Assembly (NCBI GenBank): GCA_948466315.1
Contig: CAOJZZ010000001.1
Location: 16,931-80,930 of the forward strand
From: an uncultured Mycoplasmatota bacterium
GTDB taxonomy: Bacteria > Bacillota_I > Bacilli_A > RF39 > UBA660
DNA length: 64,000 bases
Reading direction: 5' to 3'
Shown: piece after piece, positions 60,299 to 64,000 of the stretch
How positions within the stretch are numbered: the stretch's first letter is position 1
How the letters are laid out: every line of letters begins with the position of its first letter
Made by a program: the position numbers and the translations under genes
The notes under the pieces: model-generated
Seen by the model: only the letters and a program-made list of their open reading frames with translations
Database searches by the model: none
Told to the model about the DNA's origin: nothing

Positions 60299-61651
60299 AT
60301 GGCTGCTAGAGCTATGCCCAATAATTTAGAAGCAGAAGAATCTGTTCTAGGAGCTTGTTTCCTATCGAAATATGCACTTCAAAAAGCCAGTGAAAACTTA
60401 ACACCAGATTCCTTCTATAATGAAAGAAATGGAAAAATCTTTCAGACGATGACTACACTAATGGAAGATAACACTCCCATAGATGTAACAACTGTAACTA
60501 GCTATTTAAAAAAGAAAAACGAATTAACAGAAGTAGGCGGAGTAGAGTATTTAACAGAAGTATTAAACTTTGTCCCAACAGCTAGCAATATAGATTACTA
60601 TATTCAAACAGTAGAAGAAGCAGCTATTCTAAGAAGACTAATTGATACCGCTAATCAAATAGCAGAAGAAGGCTTTAGAACAGATGAAACAGTCAATGAA
60701 ATATTAGATAATTCAGAAAAAAGAATTTTAAATATAGTAAAAAACAGAAAAGCTAGTGAATTTCGTACAATAAAAGAGGTTTTAACTAAAACTCAATCAG
60801 ATTTAGAAAAATTAGCAGAAAATAAGGGTGAAATTACAGGATTAGCAACAGGGTGGTATGACTTAGATAAAATAACAACAGGTCTTCACCCAAATGAATT
60901 TATAATTATAGCTGCTCGTCCAGCTATGGGAAAAACAGCTTTTGCCCTAAATCTAGCAACCCATGTAGCGATGGAGCAAGAAAAAGCTGTAGCTTTATTT
61001 AACTTAGAAATGAGTGCTGAACAATTAGCCCTACGTATTTTGTCATCTCTAGGACAATTAGAAGGTTTTAAACTACGTACTGGAAATTTAATGAATAACG
61101 ACTGGAAAAGAATTAATGAGGCAGTTTCTCAACTTGCTAATACTAATATGGTAATAGATGATACTCCAGGAATTACTATAGGAGAAATCAGAGCAAAATG
61201 CCGAAGGTTAGCTAGTAGCGAAAAAGGTTTAAGTCTAGTATTAATAGACTACTTACAACTAATATCAGGAGGAAAAAACTATGGTTCTAATAGACAACAA
61301 GAAGTATCTGATATTTCTAGGAGTTTAAAAACCCTAGCTATGGAATTAAATGTACCAGTAATAGCCTTGTCACAATTATCACGTAGTGTCGAGTCAAGAG
61401 AAGATAAAAGGCCCTTAATGAGTGACTTACGTGAATCAGGATCTATTGAACAAGATGCAGATATAGTAGCTTTCCTATATCGTGATGATTACTATAATAA
61501 AGAAGCCAGAACAGAAGATAATAATAGTATTAGTGAACTAATCATAGGAAAGCACCGTAATGGACCAACAACAACAATAGAATTGCTATTCAAGAAAAAC
61601 ACTTCAACATTTTTAAACTTAAGAAAAGATAAAGAGAATTTGGAGGGATAA
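60299..61651 (+). CDS. dnaB: replicative DNA helicase (DnaB family; dnaC in Bacillus nomenclature)
   Basis: Walker A ARPAMGKTAF, Walker B LVLIDYLQL, and an arginine finger. Confidence 0.95.
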   Translation: MAARAMPNNLEAEESVLGACFLSKYALQKASENLTPDSFYNERNGKIFQTMTTLMEDNTPIDVTTVTSYLKKKNELTEVGGVEYLTEVLNFVPTASNIDYYIQTVEEAAILRRLIDTANQIAEEGFRTDETVNEILDNSEKRILNIVKNRKASEFRTIKEVLTKTQSDLEKLAENKGEITGLATGWYDLDKITTGLHPNEFIIIAARPAMGKTAFALNLATHVAMEQEKAVALFNLEMSAEQLALRILSSLGQLEGFKLRTGNLMNNDWKRINEAVSQLANTNMVIDDTPGITIGEIRAKCRRLASSEKGLSLVLIDYLQLISGGKNYGSNRQQEVSDISRSLKTLAMELNVPVIALSQLSRSVESREDKRPLMSDLRESGSIEQDADIVAFLYRDDYYNKEARTEDNNSISELIIGKHRNGPTTTIELLFKKNTSTFLNLRKDKENLEG

Positions 61652-61652
61652 A

Positions 61653-63176
61653 GTGATATCAAAAAAAATAAAAAAATTATTAATATGTCTATTATTAGTC
61701 TCAACTGCTACAACAACAGGATTCATGACTAAAACAAAAACTCCCCATACTGTTTACCATATATATCTAAAAGGAAAATCACTAGGAATAATAAAATCAA
61801 AAAAAGAACTAGAAAACTACATTGATAAAAAGCAACAAGAAATAAAGAAAAAATATGATGTAGACAAAGTATATTTACCATCAGAGTTAGATATAGTAAA
61901 AGAAGTAACATATGATAACAATATAATACCAGTAAAAGAAATATATGAAAAAATAAAAGATATTTCACCATTTACAATAAGTGGTTATACTATAACTATC
62001 AAAGGAATAGACAGTAAAAACGCAGATGGTAAAAAAATAAAAGGTAAAAATCAAACTCTTTATATATTAGATAAAAATATATTTGATGAGGCAATAGATA
62101 GTACAGTAAAATCTTTTATTTCTAAAGATGATTATGAAGCATATGCAAAAAATAAACAAAAAGAAATAAAAGATACTGGTAAAATAATAGAAAATATTTA
62201 CATTCAAAATAAAATTACTATTAAAAAACAAAATATACCAGTAGATAAAACTATTTATCAAGAAAAAGAAGATTTAAGTAAATACTTATTATTTGGTACT
62301 ACTGAGCAACAAAGTAAATACACTGTTCAAGATGGTGATACTATTTCAGATGTAGCTTTTAATAATAAAATATCTACAGAAGAATTTTTAATTGCTAATC
62401 CAAGCATACCAGATGAGAATAGTCTATTATATTCTGGACAACAAGTAACTCTAGGAATATTAAAGCCTCAGTTCAATGTAGTTTCAGAAGAGCAAGTGGT
62501 CTTTAAAGAAGAAAAAAATTATCAAACAGAGACAAGATATGATAATAATAAAGAAGTAGGTCATACAGAAACTATTCAAGCAGGGGTAAAAGGAGAGAAT
62601 AAAGTTACCCAAAAAATTCAAAAAGTAAATGGTGAGACCAAAAATGTTGTTACCGTAACAACAGAGGTATTAAAAGAACCAGTAACAGAAATTATTGTTA
62701 AAGGAGGAAAACAATCAAGTTATGCTGGAAAAGGTGGCTATGGAACAGCTGTTGCAACCAAAGGAGAATGGGGCTGGCCAGCATCATGTGCCTCATTATC
62801 TAGTCCTTTTGGTTATCGTTGGGGAACACTACATGATGGTACAGATATAGCAGGGTGTGGTTATGGTTCAAACATTTTTGCTGCACAGTCTGGAACAGTA
62901 GTAGAATCTAGAAAAAAACCTGGATCATATGCAGGTGGTTATGGTGATAATGGAGAATACATAGTAATAGACCATCATAATGGATATTTTACTTTATATG
63001 CACATATGTGTCCTGGTTGTCGATACGTTAAAGTAGGAGATAATGTAGCTAAAGGTCAAGTTATAGGAGGTATGGGTAGAACAGGAGCAGCAACAGGAGT
63101 TCACTTACACTTTGGTATGTGGCGAGGTTATCCATATCGTGGAGGTAGAGCACAAAATGCTATGGGGTTCTATTAA
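61653..63176 (+). CDS. secreted M23 (LytM-type) peptidase with a LysM domain
   Basis: Signal peptide present. LysM domain YTVQDGDTISDVAFNNKIST. The C-terminal M23 domain contains HDGTDIAG...HLHFGM. Confidence 0.8.
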   Translation: MISKKIKKLLICLLLVSTATTTGFMTKTKTPHTVYHIYLKGKSLGIIKSKKELENYIDKKQQEIKKKYDVDKVYLPSELDIVKEVTYDNNIIPVKEIYEKIKDISPFTISGYTITIKGIDSKNADGKKIKGKNQTLYILDKNIFDEAIDSTVKSFISKDDYEAYAKNKQKEIKDTGKIIENIYIQNKITIKKQNIPVDKTIYQEKEDLSKYLLFGTTEQQSKYTVQDGDTISDVAFNNKISTEEFLIANPSIPDENSLLYSGQQVTLGILKPQFNVVSEEQVVFKEEKNYQTETRYDNNKEVGHTETIQAGVKGENKVTQKIQKVNGETKNVVTVTTEVLKEPVTEIIVKGGKQSSYAGKGGYGTAVATKGEWGWPASCASLSSPFGYRWGTLHDGTDIAGCGYGSNIFAAQSGTVVESRKKPGSYAGGYGDNGEYIVIDHHNGYFTLYAHMCPGCRYVKVGDNVAKGQVIGGMGRTGAATGVHLHFGMWRGYPYRGGRAQNAMGFY

Positions 63177-63932
63177 ATGAAAGTTCAAACAATAGCAAGT
63201 GGCTCAAAAGGAAATTGCACAGTAGTATTATGTGATAAAACAAATTTAATAATCGACATGGGAATTTCCTATCTAACACTAAAAAGAAAGTTAGAAGAAA
63301 ATTCCCTTTCTTTTGATAAATTTAATGCCATACTAATTACTCATTGTCATAAAGATCATACTAAAGGATTAACATCACTACTAAAAAGAACAAATCTAGA
63401 AGTATTTATTCCAGAAGAAATGTATGAGAGTCTCCAAGATTTTTTACCAAGATCTAAATGCAATTTTATTGATGATAATTTTAATATAAATGATGTCAGA
63501 ATAGAACTACTTCATACTTCACATGATGCCCCATACTCTGTAGGTTACATAATAGAATATCAAGATAAAAGCTTAGTATATGTTACCGACACAGGTTATA
63601 TAAATAGAAAAGTTTTAAACAAAATGACTCAAAAAAGTATCTATATAATAGAAACTAATCATGACGAAGTTATGCTAATGGATGGACCATATCCTAGATT
63701 CTTAAAAGAGCGAGTAATTAGTGATAAAGGTCACCTATCTAATAAAACAACAGCCAAATACTTGAAAAAAATAATTGGTAAAAATACTAAATATATTATT
63801 CTAGCCCATTTAAGTGAATCAAATAATACTGAAGAATTAGCCATGAATACAGTAAAAGAAGAATTAGAAGATAATAATATAGAAATATTAATAGCCAAAC
63901 AAGACAAAGCAAGTCCCTTAATCGAGGTGTAA
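63177..63932 (+). CDS. metallo-beta-lactamase-fold hydrolase, YycJ/WalJ-like
   Basis: ILITHCHKDHTKG, which is the HxHxDH motif. Confidence 0.8.
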   Translation: MKVQTIASGSKGNCTVVLCDKTNLIIDMGISYLTLKRKLEENSLSFDKFNAILITHCHKDHTKGLTSLLKRTNLEVFIPEEMYESLQDFLPRSKCNFIDDNFNINDVRIELLHTSHDAPYSVGYIIEYQDKSLVYVTDTGYINRKVLNKMTQKSIYIIETNHDEVMLMDGPYPRFLKERVISDKGHLSNKTTAKYLKKIIGKNTKYIILAHLSESNNTEELAMNTVKEELEDNNIEILIAKQDKASPLIEV

Positions 63933-63933
63933 T

Positions 63934-64000
63934 ATGATTAAAATAATAGCAGTAGGAAATATAAAAGAAAATTATCTAAAAGAAGCCATGGAAGAGTATA
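63934..64000 (+). CDS. rlmH: 23S rRNA (pseudouridine1915-N3)-methyltransferase RlmH, N-terminal fragment at the window edge
   Basis: MIKIIAVGNIKENYLKEAMEEY matches the RlmH N-terminus MKITIIAVGKLKEKYLK. Confidence 0.7.
   Translation, partial: MIKIIAVGNIKENYLKEAMEEY

Noticed and set aside
63934-64000. rlmH (orfX) at the window edge is the SCC integration target, and there is a ccrAB-like recombinase pair in the window. Could this be an SCC-like element?
   Set aside because: The recombinase pair is 57 kb away and is bounded by the two halves of yabG. Nothing is inserted at the visible 5' end of rlmH. The element is a yabG-intervening element and is not SCC-like.
1-64000. CRISPR arrays, IS elements or tandem repeat arrays.
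   Set aside because: No regularly spaced direct repeats, transposase ORFs or terminal inverted repeats were seen. The only repeated structured motifs are the three palindromes in 31397..32625.

Overview
This window is the replication-origin region of a very AT-rich, endospore-forming Firmicute read with the standard genetic code (long intact ORFs, UGA as stop). The minus strand carries tilS, divIC, yabQ, yabP, spoVG, veg, a split yabG, ksgA, a sipW cluster, tatD, metS, spoVT, mfd, pth, rsmI, yabB, yaaT, holB, bofA, recR, ybaB, dnaX, tadA, a short SRP RNA, gyrA, gyrB, recF, a ComK-family gene, dnaN and dnaA. The plus strand carries rpmH, rnpA, yidC, jag, mnmE, mnmG, rsmG, noc, parA, parB, mscS, ychF, rpsF, ssb, rpsR, rplI, dnaB, an M23/LysM peptidase, a walJ-like gene and the start of rlmH. 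oriC DnaA-box clusters flank dnaA. The main discovery is that the sporulation protease gene yabG is split into a 5' segment (13008..13316) and a 3' segment (2945..3478) by a ~9.6 kb insertion (about 3462..13050). Synteny is conserved on both sides: ksgA lies on the 5' side and veg-spoVG on the 3' side, as in Bacillus. The insertion carries two tandem large serine recombinases, a small upstream ORF, a 1011-aa cohesin/dockerin-like membrane surface protein, a 437-aa sigma-70-family protein and a hypothetical gene. A 4-bp GTCA core is shared at both junctions, and joining across it restores the YabG reading frame exactly. This is the architecture of skin- or SPbeta-type elements that are excised in the mother cell, and to my knowledge yabG is not among the classic examples of such split genes. 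Other notable points are a 1.75 kb ORF-free region beside gyrA containing three CACGTG-centred palindromes and perfect DnaA boxes, a ComK homologue between dnaN and recF, a sipW operon with two paralogous anchored proteins, and a Noc paralogue with a long acidic tail.
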